DNA of 64,000 bases from Eledone cirrhosa. Lineage: Eukaryota. The stretch lies in assembly GCA_964016885.1 (NCBI GenBank), contig OZ024741.1, forward strand, positions 260,214,001 to 260,278,000, in the 5' to 3' direction. Each line of letters starts with the position of its first letter. Within the stretch, counting starts at the first letter, position 1. Under the pieces are notes generated by a model that was not told the origin of the DNA, did not search any database, and worked only from the letters and a program-made list of their open reading frames with translations. This document shows positions 1 to 13,900 of the stretch, in pieces. The translations under genes and the position numbers were made by a program.

Positions 1-784
1 TTGCTGTTTTCTGTGTCAGTGCCAGTGTTGTTGTTGTTGCTGTTTTCTCTGTCAGTGCCAGTGTTGTTGTAGTTGTTGCTGTTTTCTCTGTCAGTGCCAG
101 TGTTGTTGTAGTTGTTGTAGTTGTTGCTGTTTTCTGTGTCAGTGCCAGTGTTGTTGTAGTTGTTGCTGTTTTCTCTGTCAGTACCAGTGTTGTTGTTGTT
201 GTTGCTGTTTTCTCTGTCAGTGCCAGTGTTGTAGTTGTTGCTGTTTTCTCTGTCAGTGCCAGTTTTGTTGTAGTTGTTGCTGTTTTCTGTGTCAGTGCCA
301 GTGTTGTTGTAGTTGTTGCTGTTTTCTCTGTCAGTGCCAGTGTTGTTGTTGTTGTTGCTGTTTTCTCTGTCAGTGTTGTTGTTGTTGCTATTTTCACTGT
401 CAGTGCCAGTGTTGTTGTTGTTGCTGTTTTCTGTGTCAGTGCCAGTGTTGTTGTTGTTGTTGCTGTTTTCTGTGTCAGTGCCAGTGTTGTTGTTGTTACT
501 GTTGCTGTTTTCTGTGTCAGTGCCAGTCTTGTTGTTGTTACTGTTGCTGTTTTCTGTGCCAGTGCCAGTGTTATTGTTGCTGTTGTTGCTGTTTTCTGTG
601 TCAGTGCCACTGTTGTTGTTGCTGTTTTCTGTGTCAGTGCCAGTGTTGTTGTAGTTGTTGCTGTTTTCTCTATCAGTGCCAGTGTTGTTGTTGTTGCTGC
701 TTTCTCTGTCAGTGCCAGTGTTGTTGTTGTTGCTGTTTTCTCTGTCAATGCCAGTGTTGTTGTTGTTGCTATTTTCACTGTCAG

Positions 785-3700
785 TGCCAGAGTTGTTGTT
801 GTTACTGTTGCTGTTTTCTGTGCCAGTGTTGTTGTAGCTGTTGCTGTTTTCTGTGTCAGTGACAGTGTTGTTGTAGTTGTTGCTGTTTACTGTGTCAGTG
901 CCAGTGTTGTTGTAGTTGTTGCTGTTTTCTCTGTCAATGCCAGTGTTGTTGTAGTTGTTGCTGTTTTCTCTGTCAGTGCCAGTGTTGTTGTAGTTGTTGC
1001 TGTTTTCTGTGTCAGTGCCAGTGTTGTTGTTGTTGCTGTTTTCTCTGTCAGTGCCAGTGTTGTTGTAGTTGTTGCTGTTTTCTCTGTCAGTGCCAGTGTT
1101 GTTGTAGTTGTTGCTGTTTTCTGTGTCAGTGCCAGTGTTGTTGTAGTTGTTGCTGTTTTCTCTGTCAGTGCCAGTGTTGTTGTTGTTGTTGCTGTTTTCT
1201 CTGTCAGTGCCAGTGTTGTAGTTGTTGCTGTTTTCTCTGTCAGTGCCAGTGTTGTTGTAGTTGTTGCTGTTTTCTGTGTCAGTGCCAGTGTTGTTGTTGT
1301 TGCTGTTTTCTGTGTCAGTGCCAGTGTTGTTGTTGTTGTTGCTATTTTCACTGTCAGTGCCAGTGTTGTTGCTGTTGATGTTTTCTCTGTCAGTGCCAGT
1401 GATGTTGTAGTTGTTGCTGTTTTCTGTGTTAGTGCCAGTGTTGTTGTAGTTGTTGCTGTTTTCTGTGTCAGTGCCAGTGTTGTTGTTGTTGTTGCTGTTT
1501 TCTCTGTCAGTGCCAGTGTTGTTGTAGTTGTTGCTGCTTTCTCTGTCAGTGCCAGTGTTGTTGTAGTTGCTGCTGTTTTCTGTGTCAGTGCCAGTGTTGT
1601 TGTTGTTGCTGTTTTCTCTGTCAGTGCCAGTGTTGTTGTAGTTGTTGCTGTTTTCTGTGTCAGTGCCACTGTTGTTGTTGCTGTTTTCTGTGTCAGTGCC
1701 AGTGTTGTTGTTGTTGCTGTTTTCTCTGTCAGTGCCAGTGTTGTTTTTGCAGTTTTCTCTGTCAGTGCCAGTGTTGTTGTTGTTGCTGTTTTCTGTGTCA
1801 GTGCCATTGTTATTGCTGTTGTTGCTGTTTTCTGTGTCAGTGCCAGTGTTGTTGTTGCTGTTGTTGCTGTTTTCTGTGTCAGTGCCAGTGTTGTTGCTGT
1901 TGCTGTTTTCTCTGCCAGTGTCAGTGTTGTTGTAGTTGTTGCTGTTTTCTCTGTCAGTGCCAGTGTTGTAGTTGTTGCTGTTTTCTGTGTCAGTGCCAGT
2001 GTTGTTGTTGTTGCTGTTTTCTCTGTCAGTGCCAGTGTTGTTGTAGTTGTTGCTGTTTACTCTGTCAGTGCCAGTGTTGTTGTAGTTGTTGCTGTTTTCT
2101 GTGTCAGTACCGGTGTTGTTGTTGTTGCTGTTTTCTCTGTCAGTGTCAGTGTTGTTGTTGTTGCTGTTTTCTCTGTCAGTGCCAGTGTTGTTGTTGTTGC
2201 TGTTTTCTGTGTCAGTGCCAGTGTTGTTGTTGTTGCTGTTTTCTGTGTCAGTGCCAGTGGTGTTGTAGTTGTTGCTGTTTTCTGTGTCAGTGCCAGTGTT
2301 GTTTTAGTTGTTGCTGTTTTCTGTGTCAGTGCCAGTGTTGTTGTAGTTGTTGCTGTTTTCTCTGTCAGTGCCAGTGTTGTTGTAGTTGTTGCTGTTTTCT
2401 CTGTCAGTGCCAGTGTTGTTGTAGTTGTTGCTGTTTTCTGTGTCAGTGCCAGTGTTGTTGTAGTTGTTGCTGTTTTCTGTGTCAGTGTCAGTGTTGTTGT
2501 TGTTGCTGTTTTCTGTGTCAGTGCCAGTGTTGTTGTTGTTGCTGTTTTCTCTGTCAGTGCCAGTGTTGTTGCTGTTGCTATTTTCACTGTCAGTGCCAGT
2601 GTTGTTGTTGTTGCTGTTTTCTGTGTCAGTGCCAGTGTTGTTGTTGTTGCTGTTTTCTGTGTCAGTGCCAGTGTTGTTGTTGTTGCTGTTTTCTGTGTCA
2701 GTGCCAGTGTTGTTGTTGTTACTGTTGCTGTTTTCTGTGTCAGTTCTAGTGTTGCTGTTGCTGTTTTCTGTGCCAGTGCCAGTGTTACTGTTGCTGTTGT
2801 TGCTGTTTTCTGTGTCAGTGCCACGGTTGTTGTTGCTGTTGTTGCTGGTTTCTGTGTCAGTGCCAGTGTTGTTGTTGCAGTTGTTGCTGTTTTCCGTGCC
2901 AGTGTTGTTGTAGTTGTTGCTGTTTTCTCTGTCAGTGCCAGTGTTGTTGTAGTTGTTGCTGTTTTCTGTGTCAGTGCCAGTGTTGTTGTAGTTGTTGCTG
3001 TTTTCTCTGTCAGTGCCAGTGTTGTTGTTGTTGCTGTTTTCTCTGTCTGTGCCAGTGTTGTTGTAGTTGTTGCTGTTTTCTCTGTCAGTGCCAGTGTTGT
3101 TGTTGTTGCTGTTATCTCTGTCAGTGCCAGTGTTGTTGTAGTTGTTGCTGTTTTCTCTGTCAGTGCCAGTGTTGTTGTAGTTGTTGCTGTTTTCTGTGTC
3201 AGTGCCGGTGTTGTTGTTGTTGCTGTTTTCTCTGTCAGTGCCAGTGTTGTTGTTGTTGCTGTTTTCTGTATCAGTGCCAGTGTTGTTGTTGTTGCTGTTT
3301 TCTGTGTCAGTGCCAGTGTTGTTGTTGTTGCTGTTTTCTGTGTCAGTGCCAGTGTTGTTGTAGTTGTTGCTGTTTTCTGTGTCAGTGCCAGTGTTGTTGT
3401 AGTTGTTGCTGTTTTCTGTGTCAGTGCCAGTGTTGTTGTAATTGTTGCTGTTTTCTCTGTCAGTGCCAGTGTTGTTGTAGTTGTTGCTGTTTTCTGTGTC
3501 AGTGCCAGTGTTGTTGTTGCTGTTTTCTCTGTCAGTGTCAGTGTTGTTGTAGTTGTTGCTGTTTTCTCTGTCAGTTTTGTTGTAGTTGTTGCTGTCTTCT
3601 GTGTCAGTGCCAGTGTTGTTGTAGTTGTTGCTGTTTTCTTTGTCAGTGCCAGTGTTGTTGTTGTTGCTGTTTTCTCTGTCAGTGCCAGTGTTGTAGTTGT

Positions 3701-4975
3701 TGCTGTTTTCTCTGTCAGTGCCAGTGTTGTTGTTGTTGCTGTTTTCTCTGTCAATGCCAGTGTTGTTGTTGTTGCTATTTTCACTGTCAGTGCCAGTGTT
3801 GTTGTTGTTGCTATTTTCACTGTCAGTGCCAGTGTTGTTGTTGTTACTGTTGCTGTTTTCTGTGTCAGTGCCAGAGTTGTTGTTGTTACTGTTGCTGTTT
3901 TCTGTGCCAGTGTTGTTGTAGCTGTTGCTGTTTTCTGTATCAGTGCCAGTGTTGTTGTAGTTGTTGCTGTTTACTGTGTCAGTGCCAGTGTTGTTGTAGT
4001 TGTTGCTGTTTTCTCTGTCAATGCCAGTGTTGTTGTAGTTGTTGCTGTTTTCTCTGTCAGTGCCAGTGTTGTTGTAGTTGTTGCTGTTTTCTGTGTCAGT
4101 GCCAGTGTTGTTGTTGTTGCTGTTTTCTCTGTCAGTGCCAGTGTTGTTGTAGTTGTTGCTGTTTTCTCTGTCAGTGCCAGTGTTGTTGTAGTTGTTGCTG
4201 TTTTCTGTGTCAGTGCCAGTGTTGTTGTAGTTGTTGCTGTTTTCTCTGTCAGTGCCAGTGTTGTTGTTGTTGTTGCTGTTTTCTCTGTCAGTGCCAGTGT
4301 TGTAGTTGTTGCTGTTTTCTCTGTCAGTGCCAGTGTTGTTGTAGTTGTTGCTGTTTTCTGTGTCAGTGCCAGTGTTGTTGTTGTTGCTGTTTTCTGTGTC
4401 AGTGCCAGTGTTGTTGTTGTTGTTGCTATTTTCACTGTCAGTGCCAGTGTTGTTGCTGTTGATGTTTTCTCTGTCAGTGCCAGTGATGTTGTAGTTGTTG
4501 CTGTTTTCTGTGTTAGTGCCAGTGTTGTTGTAGTTGTTGCTGTTTTCTGTGTCAGTGCCAGTGTTGTTGTTGTTGTTGCTGTTTGCTCTGTCAGTGCCAG
4601 TGTTGTTGTAGTTGTTGCTGCTTCTCTGTCAGTGTCAGTGTTGTTGTAGTTGCTGCTGTTTTCTGTGTCAGTGCCAGTGTTGTTGTTGTTGCTGTTTTCT
4701 CTGTCAGTGCCAGTGTTCTTAGTAGTTGTTGCTGTTTTCTGTGTCAGTGCCACTGTTGTTGTTGCTGTTTTCTGTGTCAGTGCCAGTGTTGTTGTTGTTG
4801 CTGTTTTCTCTGTCAGTGCCAGTGTTGTTTTTGCAGTTTTCTCTGTCAGTGCCAGTGTTGTTGTTGTTGCTGTTTTCTGTGTCAGTGCCATTGTTATTGC
4901 TGTTGTTGCTGTTTTCTGTGTCAGTGCCAGTGTTGTTGTTGCTGTTGTTGCTGTTTTCTGTGTCAGTGCCAGTGT
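785..4975. repeat. Dispersed duplicate of ~1.1 kb within the array: ~785-1890 and ~3869-4975 (offset 3084)
   Basis: Shared rare variants at constant offset: CCAGAGTT 787/3871, GTAGCTG 834/3918, TTTACTGT ~886/3970, GTTGATG 1374/4458, TTTTGCAG 1745/4829. ORF coordinates 887/3971 and 1642/4726 also differ by 3084. Confidence 0.85.
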
Positions 4976-7900
4976 TGTTGTAGTTGTTGCTGTTTTCTCT
5001 GTCAGTGCCAGTGTTGTTGTAGTTGTTGCTGTTTTCTGTGTCAGTGTCAGTGTTGTTGCTGTTGTTGCTGTTTTCTGTGTCAGTGCCAGTGTTGTTGTTG
5101 CTGTTTTCTCTGTCAGTGCCAGTGTTTTTGTTGTTGCTGTTTTCTGTGTCAGTGCCAGTGTTGTTCTAGTTGTTGCTGTTTTCTGTGCCAGTGCCAGTGT
5201 TGTTGTAGTTGTTGCTGTTTTCTCTGTCAGTGTCAGTGTTGTTGTAGTTGTTGCTGTTTTCTCTGTCAGTGCCAGTGTTGTTGTAGTTGTTGCTGTTTTC
5301 TGTGTCAGTGCCAGTGTTGTTGTTGTTGCTGTTTTCTCTGTCAGTGACAGTGTTGTTGTAGTTATTGCTGTTTTCTGTGTCAGTGCCACTGTTGTTGTTG
5401 CTGTTTTCTGTGTCAGTGCCAGTGTTGTTGTTGTTGCTGTTTTCTCTGTCAGTGCCAGTTTTGTTGTTGCTGTTTTCTCTGTCAGTGCCAGTGTTGTTGT
5501 TGTTGCTGTTTTCTGTGTCAGTGCCATTGTTATTGCTGTTGTTGCTGTTTTCTGTGTCAGTGCCAGTGTTGTTGTTGCTGTTGTTTCTGTTTTCTGTGTC
5601 AGTGCCAGTGTTGTTGCTGTTTCTGTTTTCTCTGTCAGTGCCAGTGTTGATGTAGTTGTTGCTGTTTTCTCTGTCAGTGCCAGTGTTGTAGTTGTTGCTG
5701 TTTTCTGTGTCAGTGCCAGTGTTGTTGTTGCTGTTTTCTCTGTCAGTGCCAGTGTTGTTGTAGTTGTTGCTGTTTTCTCTGTCAGTGCCGGTGTTGTAGT
5801 TGTTGCTATTTTCTGTGTCAGTGCCAGTGTTGTTGCTGTTGCTGTTTTCTCTGTCAGTGCCAGTGTTGTTGTAGTTGTTGCTGCTTTCTCTGTCAGTGCC
5901 AGTGTTGTTGTAGTTGTTTCTGTTTTCTGTGTCAGTGACAGTGTTGTTGTTGTTGCTGTTTTCTCTGTCAGTGCCAGTGTTGTTGTAGTTGTTGCTGTTT
6001 TCTGTGTCAGTGCCACTGTTGTTGTTGCTGTTTTCTGTGTCTGGGCCAGTGTTGTTGTTGTTGCTGTTTTCTCTGTCAGTGCCAGTGTTGTTGTTGCTGT
6101 TTTCTCTGTCAGTGTCAGTGTTGTTGTAGTTGTTGCTGTTTTCTGTGTCATTGCCACTGTTGTTGTTGCTGTTTTCTGTGTCTGTGCCAGTGTTGTTGTT
6201 GTTGCTGTTTTCTCTGTCAGTGCCAGTGTTGTTGTTGCTGTTTTCTCTGTCAGTGCCAGTGTTGTTGTTGTTGCTGTTTTCTGTGTCAGTGCCAGTGTTG
6301 TTGTAGTTGTTGCTGTTTTCTGTGTCAGTGTCAGTGTTGTTGTAGTTGTTGCTGTTTTCTCTGTGAGTGCCAGTGTTGTTGTAGTTGTTGCTGTTTACTC
6401 TGTCAGTGCCAGTGTTGTTGTAGTTGTTGCTGTTTTCTGTGTCAGTACCGGTGTTGTTGTTGTTGCTGTTTTCACTGTCAGTGCCAGTGTTGTTGTTGTT
6501 GCTGTTTTCTGTGTCAGTGCCAGTGTTGTTGTAGTTGTTGCTGTTTTCTCTGTCAGTGCCAGTGTTGTTGTTGTTGCTGTTTTCTGTGTCAGTGCCAGTG
6601 TTGTTGTAGTTGTTGCTGTTTTCTCTGTCAGTGCCAGTGTTATTGTAGTTGTTGCTGTTTTCTGTGTCAGTACCGGTGTTGTTGTTGTTGCTGTTTTCAC
6701 TGTCAGTGCCAGTGTTGTTGTTGTTGCTGTTTTCTGTGTCAGTGCCAGTGTTGTTGTAGTTGTTGCTGTTTTCTCTGTCAGTGCCAGTTTTGTTGTAGTT
6801 GTTGCTGTTTTCTGTGTCAGTGCCAGTGTTGTTGTAGTTGTTGCTGTTTTCTTTGTCAGTGCCAGTGTTGTTGTTGTTGCTGTTTTCTCTGTCAGTGCCA
6901 GTGTTGTTGTTGTTGCTGTTTTCACTGTCAGTGCCAGTTTTGTTGTTGTTGCTGTTTTCTGTGTCATTGCCAGTGTTGTTGTAGTTGTTGCTGTTTTCTC
7001 TGTCAGTGCCAGTGTTATTGTAGTTGTTGCTGTTTTCTGTGTCAGTACCGGTGTTGTTGTTGTTGCTGTTTTCTCTGTCAGTGCCAGTGTTGTTGTTGTT
7101 GCTGTTTTCTGTGTCAGTGCCAGTGTTGTTGTAGTTGTTGCTGTTTTCTGTGTCAGTGCCAGTGTTGTTGTAGTTGTTGCTGTTTTCTGTGTCAGTGCCA
7201 GTGTTGTTGTAGTTGTTGCACTTTTCTCTGTCAGTGGCAGTGTTATTGTATTTGTTGCTGTTTTCTGTGTCAGTACCGGTGTTGTTGTTGTTGCTGTTTT
7301 CACTGTCAGTGCCAGTGTTGTTGTTGTTGCTGTTTTCTCTGTCAGTGCCATTGTTGTTGTAGTTGTTGCTGTTTTCTCTGTCAGTGCCAGTGTTGTTGTA
7401 GTTGTTGCTGTTTTCTCTGTCAGTGCCAGTGTTTTTGTAGTTGTTGCTGTTTTCTCTGTCAGTGCCAGTGTTTTTGTAGTTGTTGCTGTTTTCTGTGTCA
7501 GTGCCAGTGTTGTTGTAGTTGTTGCTGTTTTCTGTGTCAGTGCCAGTGTTGTTGTAGTTGTTGCTGTTTTCTGTGTCAGTGCCAGTGTTGTTGTAGTTGT
7601 TGCTGTTTTGTCTGTCAGTGCCAGTGTTGTTGCTGTTTTCTCTGTCAGTGCCAGTGTTGTTGTAGTTGTTGTTGTTTTCTGTGTCAGTGCCAGTGTTGTT
7701 GCTGTTGCTGTTTTCTCTGTCAATGCCAGTGTTGTTGTAGTTGTTGCTGTTTTCTCTGTCAGTGCCAGTGTTGTTGTAGTTGTTGCTGTTTTCTGTGTCA
7801 GTGCCAGTGTTGTTGTTGTTGCTGTTTTCTCTGTCAGTGCCAGTGTTGTTGTAGTTGTTGCTGTTTTCTTTGTCAGTGCCAGTGTTGTTGCTGTTGTTGC

Positions 7901-10900
7901 TGTTTTCTGTGTCAGTGCCAGTGTTGTTGTTGCTGTTTTCTCTGTCAGTGCCAGTGTTTTTGTTGTTGCTGTTTTCTGTGTCAGTGCCAGTGTTGTTCTA
8001 GTTGTTGCTGTTTTCTGTGCCAGTGCCAGTGTTGTTGTAGTTGTTGCTGTTTTCTCTGTCAGTGCCAGTGTTGTTGTAGTTGTTGCTGTTTTCTCTGTCA
8101 GTGCCAGTGTTGTTGTAGTTGTTGCTGTTTTCTGTGTCAGTGCCAGTGTTGTTGTTGTTGCTGTTTTCTCTGTCAGTGCCAGTGTTGTTGTAGTTATTGC
8201 TGTTTTCTGTGTCAGTGCCACTGTTGTTGTTGCTGTTTTCTGTGTCAGTGCCAGTGTTGTTGTTGTTGCTGTTTTCTCTGTCAGTGCCAGTGTTGTTGTT
8301 GCTGTTTTCTCTGTCAGTGCCAGTGTTGTTGTTGTTGCTGTTTTCTGTGTCAGTGCCATTGTTATTGCTGTTGTTGCTGTTTTCTGTGTCAGTGCCAGTG
8401 TTGTTGTTGCTGTTGTTGCTGTTTTCTGTGTCAGTGCCAGTGTTGTTGCTGTTTCTGTTTTCTCTGTCAGTGCCAGTGTTGTTGTAGTTGTTGCTGTTTT
8501 CTCTGTCAGTGCCAGTGTTGTAGTTGTTGCTGTTTTTTCTGTCAGTGCCAGTGTTGTTGTTGCTGTTTTCTCTGTCAGTGCCAGTGTTGTTGTAGTTGTT
8601 GCTGTTTTCTCTGTCAGTGCCAGTGTTGTTGTAGTTGTTGCTGTTTTCTGTGTCAGTGCCGGTGTTGTTGTTGTTGCTATTTTCTGTGTCAGTGCCAGTG
8701 TTGTTGCTGTTGCTGTTTTCTCTGTCAGTGCCAGTGTTGTTGTAGTTGTTGCTGCTTTCTCTGTCAGTGCCAGTGTTGTTGTAGTTGTTTCTGTTTTCTG
8801 TGTCAGTGCCAGTGTTGTTGTTGTTGCTGTTTTCTCTGTCAGTGCCAGTGTTGTTGTAGTTGTTGCTGTTTTCTGTGTCAGTGCCACTGTTGTTGTTGCT
8901 GTTTTCTGTGTCTGTGCCAGTGTTGTTGTTGTTGCTGTTTTCTCTGTCAGTGCCAGTGTTGTTGCTGTTTTCTCTGTCAGTGCCAGTGTTGTTGTAGTTG
9001 TTGCTGTTTTCTCTGTCAGTGCCAGTGTTGTTGTAGTTGTTGCTGTTTTCTGTGTCAGTGCCAGTGTTGTTGTTGTTGCTGTTTTCTCTGTCAGTGCCAG
9101 TGTTGTTGTAGTTGTTGCTGTTTTCTTTGTCAGTGCCAGTGTTGTTGCTGTTGTTGCTGTTTTCTGTGTCAGTGCCAGTGTTGTTGTTGCTGTTTTCTCT
9201 GTCAGTGCCAGTGTTTTTGTTGTTGCTGTTTTCTGTGTCAGTGCCAGTGTTGTTCTAGTTGTTGCTGTTTTCTGTGCCAGTGCCAGTGTTGTTGTAGTTG
9301 TTGCTGTTTTCTCTGTCAGTGCCAGTGTTGTTGTAGTTGTTGCTGTTTTCTCTGTCAGTGCCAGTGTTGTTGTAGTTGTTGCTGTTTTCTGTGTCAGTGC
9401 CAGTGTTGTTGTTGTTGCTGTTTTCTCTGTCAGTGCCAGTGTTGTTGTTGCTGTTTTCTCTGTCAGTGCCAGTGTTGTTGTTGTTGCTGTTTTCTGTGTC
9501 AGTGCCATTGTTATTGCTGTTGTTGCTGTTTTCTGTGTCAGTGCCAGTGTTGTTGTTGCTGTTGTTGCTGTTTTCTGTGTCAGTGCCAGTGTTGTTGCTG
9601 TTTCTGTTTTCTCTGTCAGTGCCAGTGTTGTTGTAGTTGTTGCTGTTTTCTCTGTCAGTGCCAGTGTTGTAGTTGTTGCTGTTTTCTCTGTCAGTGCCAG
9701 TGTTGTTGTTGCTGTTTTCTCTGTCAGTGCCAGTGTTGTTGTAGTTGTTGCTGTTTTCTCTGTCAGTGCCAGTGTTGTTGTAGTTGTTGCTGTTTTCTGT
9801 GTCAGTGTCGGTGTTGTTGTTGTTGCTATTTTCTGTGTCAGTGCCAGTGTTGTTGCTGTTGCTGTTTTCTCTGTCAGTGCCAGTGTTGTTGTAGTTGTTG
9901 CTGCTTTCTCTGTCAGTGCCAGTGTTGTTGTAGTTGTTTCTGTTTTCTGTGTCAGTGCCAGTGTTGTTGTTGTTGCTGTTTTCTCTGTCAGTGCCAGTGT
10001 TGTTGTAGTTGTTGCTGTTTTCTGTGTCAGTGCCACTGTTGTTGTTGCTGTTTTCTGTGTCTGTGCCAGTGTTGTTGTTGTTGCTGTTTTCTCTGTCAGT
10101 GCCAGTGTTGTTGCTGTTTTCTCTGTCAGTGCCAGTGTTGTTGTTGTTGCTGTTTTCTGTGTCAGTGCCAGTGTTGTTGTAGTTGTTGCTGTTTTCTGTG
10201 TCAGTGCCAGTGTTGTTGTAGTTGTTGCTGTTTTCTGTGTCAGTGCCAGTGTTGTTGTAGTTGTTGCTGTTTTCTCTGTGAGTGCCAGTGTTGTTGTAGT
10301 TGTTGCTGTTTACTCTGTCAGTGCCAGTGTTGTTGTAGTTGTTGCTGTTTTCTGTGTCAGTGCCAGTGTTGTTGTTGTTGCTGTTTTCTCTGTCAGTGCC
10401 AGTGTTGTTGTAGTTGTTGCTGTTTTCTCTGTCAGTGCCAGTTTTGTTGTAGTTGTTGCTGTTTTCTGTGTCAGTGCCAGTGTTGTTGTAGTTGTTGCTG
10501 TTTTCTTTGTCAGTGCCAGTGTTGTTGTTGTTGCTGTTTTCTCTGTCAGTGCCAGTGTTGTAGTTGTTGCTGTTTTCTCTGTCAGTGCCAGTGTTGTTGT
10601 TGCTGTTTTCTCTGTCAGTGCCAGTGTTGTTGTTGTTGCTATTTTCACTGTCAGTGCCAGTGTTGTTGTTGTTGCTATTTTCACTGTCAGTGCCAGTGTT
10701 GTTGCTGTTGCTGTTTTCTCTGTCAGTGCCAGTGATGTTGTAGTTGTTGCTGTTTTCTGTGTTAGTGCCAGTGTTGTTGTAGTTGTTGCTGTTTTCTGTG
10801 TCAGTGCCAGTGTTGTTGTTGTTGCTGTTTTCTCTGTCAGTGCCAGTGTTGTTGTAGTTGTTGCTGCTTTCTCTGTCAGTGCCAGTGTTGTTGTAGTTGT

Positions 10901-13900
10901 TGCTATTTTCTGTGTCAGTGCCAGTGTTGTTGTTGTTGCTGTTTTCTCTGTCAGTGCCCGTGTTGTTGTAGTTGTTGCTGTTTTCTGTGTCAGTACCGGT
11001 GTTGTTGTTGTTGCTGTTTTCTCTGTCAGTGCCAGTGTTGTTGTTGTTGCTGTTTTCTCTGTCAGTGCCAGTGTTGTTGTTGTTGCTGTTTTCTCTGTCA
11101 GTGCCAGTGTTGTTGTTGTTGCTGTTTTCTGTGTCAGTGCCAGTGTTGTTGTAGTTGTTGCTGTTTTCTGTGTCAGTGCCAGTGTTGTTTTAGTTGTTGC
11201 TGTTTTCTGTGTCAGTGCCAGTGTTGTTGTAGTTGTTGCTGTTTTCTCTGTCAGTGCCAGTGTTGTTGTTGTTGTTGCTGTTTTCTGTGTCAGTGCCAGT
11301 GTTGTTGTAGTTGTTGCTGTTTTCTCTGTGAGTGCCAGTGTTGTAGTTGTTGCTGTTTTCTCTGTCAGTGCCAGTGTTGTTGTAGTTGTTGCTGTTTTCT
11401 GTGTCAGTGCCAGTGTTGTTGTTGCTGTTTTCTGTTTTCTGTGTCAGTGACAGTGTTGTTGTTGTTGCTGTTTTCTCTGTCAGTGCCAGTGTTGTTGTAG
11501 TTGTTGCTGTTTTCTGTGTCAGCGCCAGTGTTGTTGTAGTTGTTGCTGTTTTCTCCGTTAGTGCCAGTGTTGTTGTAGTTGTTGCTGTTTTCTGTGTCAG
11601 TGCCAGTGTTGTTGTTGCTGTTTTCTGTGTCAGTGCCAGTGTTGTTGTTGCTGTTTTCTGTGTCAGTGCCAGTGTTGTTGTTGTTGCTGTTTTCTCTGTC
11701 AGTGCCAGTGTTGTTGTAGTTGTTGCTGTTTTCTCTGTCAGTGCCAGTTTTGTTGTAGTTGTTGCTGTTTTCTGTGTCAGTGCCAGTGTTGTTGTAGTTG
11801 TTGCTGTTTTCTCTGTCAGTGCCAGTGTTGTTGTTGCTGTTTTCTCTGTCAGTGTTGTTGTTGTTGCTATTTTCACTGTCAGTACCAGTGTTGTTGTTGT
11901 TGCTGTTTTCTGTGTCAGTGCCAGTGTTGTTGTTGTTGTTGCTGTTTTCTGTGTCAGTGCCAGTCTTGTTGTTGTTACTGTTGCTGTTTTCTGTGCCAGT
12001 GCCAGTGTTATTGTTGCTGTTGCTGTTTTCTGTGTCAGTGCCACTGTTGTTGTTGCTGTTGTTGCTGTTTTCTGTGTCAGTGCCAGTGTTGTTGTTGCTG
12101 TTGTTGCTGTTTTCTGTGTCAGTGCCAGTGTTGTTGCTGTTGCTGTTTTCTCTGTCAGTGCCAGTGTTGTTGTAGTTGTTGCTGTTTTCTCTGTCAGTGC
12201 CAGTGTTGTTGTAGTTGTTGCTGTTTTCTGTGTCAGTGCCAGTGTTGTTGTTGTTGCTGTTTTCTCTGTCAGTGCCAGTGTTGTTGTAGTTGTTGCTGTT
12301 TTCTTTGTCAGTGCCAGTGTTGTTGCTGTTGTTGCTGTTTTCTGTGTCAGTGCCAGTGTTGTTGTTGCTGTTTCTCTGTCAGTGCCAGTGTTTTTGTTGT
12401 TGCTGTTTTCTGTGTCAGTGCCAGTGTTGTTCTAGTTGTTGATGTTTTCTGTGCCAGTGCCAGTGTTGTTGTAGTTGTTGCTGTTTTCTCTGTCAGTGCC
12501 AGTGTTGTTGTAGTTGTTGCTGTTTTCTCTGTCAGTGCCAGTGTTGTTGTAGTTGTTGCTGTTTTCTGTGTCAGTGTCAGTGTTGTTGCTGTTGTTGCTG
12601 TTTTCTGTGTCAGTGCCAGTGTTGTTGTTGCTGTTTTCTCTGTCAGTGCCAGTGTTTTTGTTGTTGCTGTTTTCTGTGTCAGTGCCAGTGTTGTTCTAGT
12701 TGTTGCTGTTTTCTGTGCCAGTGCCAGTGTTGTTGTAGTTGTTGCTGTTTTCTCTGTCAGTGTCAGTGTTGTTGTAGTTGTTGCTGTTTTCTCTGTCAGT
12801 GCCAGTGTTGTTGTAGTTGTTGCTGTTTTCTGTGTCAGTGCCAGTGTTGTTGTTGTTGCTGTTTTCTCTGTCAGTGACAGTGTTGTTGTAGTTATTGCTG
12901 TTTTCTGTGTCAGTGCCACTGTTGTTGTTGCTGTTTTCTGTGTCAGTGCCAGTGTTGTTGTTGTTGCTGTTTTCTCTGTCAGTGCCAGTTTTGTTGTTGC
13001 TGTTTTCTCTGTCAGTGCCAGTGTTGTTGTTGTTGCTGTTTTCTGTGTCAGTGCCATTGTTATTGCTGTTGTTGCTGTTTTCTGTGTCAGTGCCAGTGTT
13101 GTTGTTGCTGTTGTTTCTGTTTTCTGTTTCAGTGCCAGTGTTGTTGCTGTTTCTGTTTTCTCTGTCAGTGCCAGTGTTGATGTAGTTGTTGCTGTTTTCT
13201 CTGTCAGTGCCAGTGTTGTAGTTGTTGCTGTTTTCTGTGTCAGTGCCAGTGTTGTTGTTGCTGTTTTCTCTGTCAGTGCCAGTGTTGTTGTAGTTGTTGC
13301 TGTTTTCTCTGTCAGTGCCGGTGTTGTAGTTGTTGCTATTTTCTGTGTCAGTGCCAGTGTTGTTGCTGTTGCTGTTTTCTCTGTCAGTGCCAGTGTTGTT
13401 GTAGTTGTTGCTGCTTTCTCTGTCAGTGCCAGTGTTGTTGTAGTTGTTTCTGTTTTCTGTGTCAGTGACAGTGTTGTTGTTGTTGCTGTTTTCTCTGTCA
13501 GTGCCAGTGTTGTTGTAGTTGTTGCTGTTTTCTGTGTCAGTGCCACTGTTGTTGTTGCTGTTTTCTGTGTCTGGGCCAGTGTTGTTGTTGTTGCTGTTTT
13601 CTCTGTCAGTGCCAGTGTTGTTGTTGCTGTTTTCTCTGTCAGTGCCAGTGTTGTTGTAGTTGTTGCTGTTTTCTGTGTCATTGCCACTGTTGTTGTTGCT
13701 GTTTTCTGTGTCTGTGCCAGTGTTGTTGTTGTTGCTGTTTTCTCTGTCAGTGCCAGTGTTGTTGTTGCTGTTTTCTCTGTCAGTGCCAGTGTTGTTGTTG
13801 TTGCTGTTTTCTGTGTCAGTGCCAGTGTTGTTGTAGTTGTTGCTGTTTTCTGTGTCAGTGCCAGTGTTGTTGTAGTTGTTGCTGTTTTCTCTGTGAGTGC

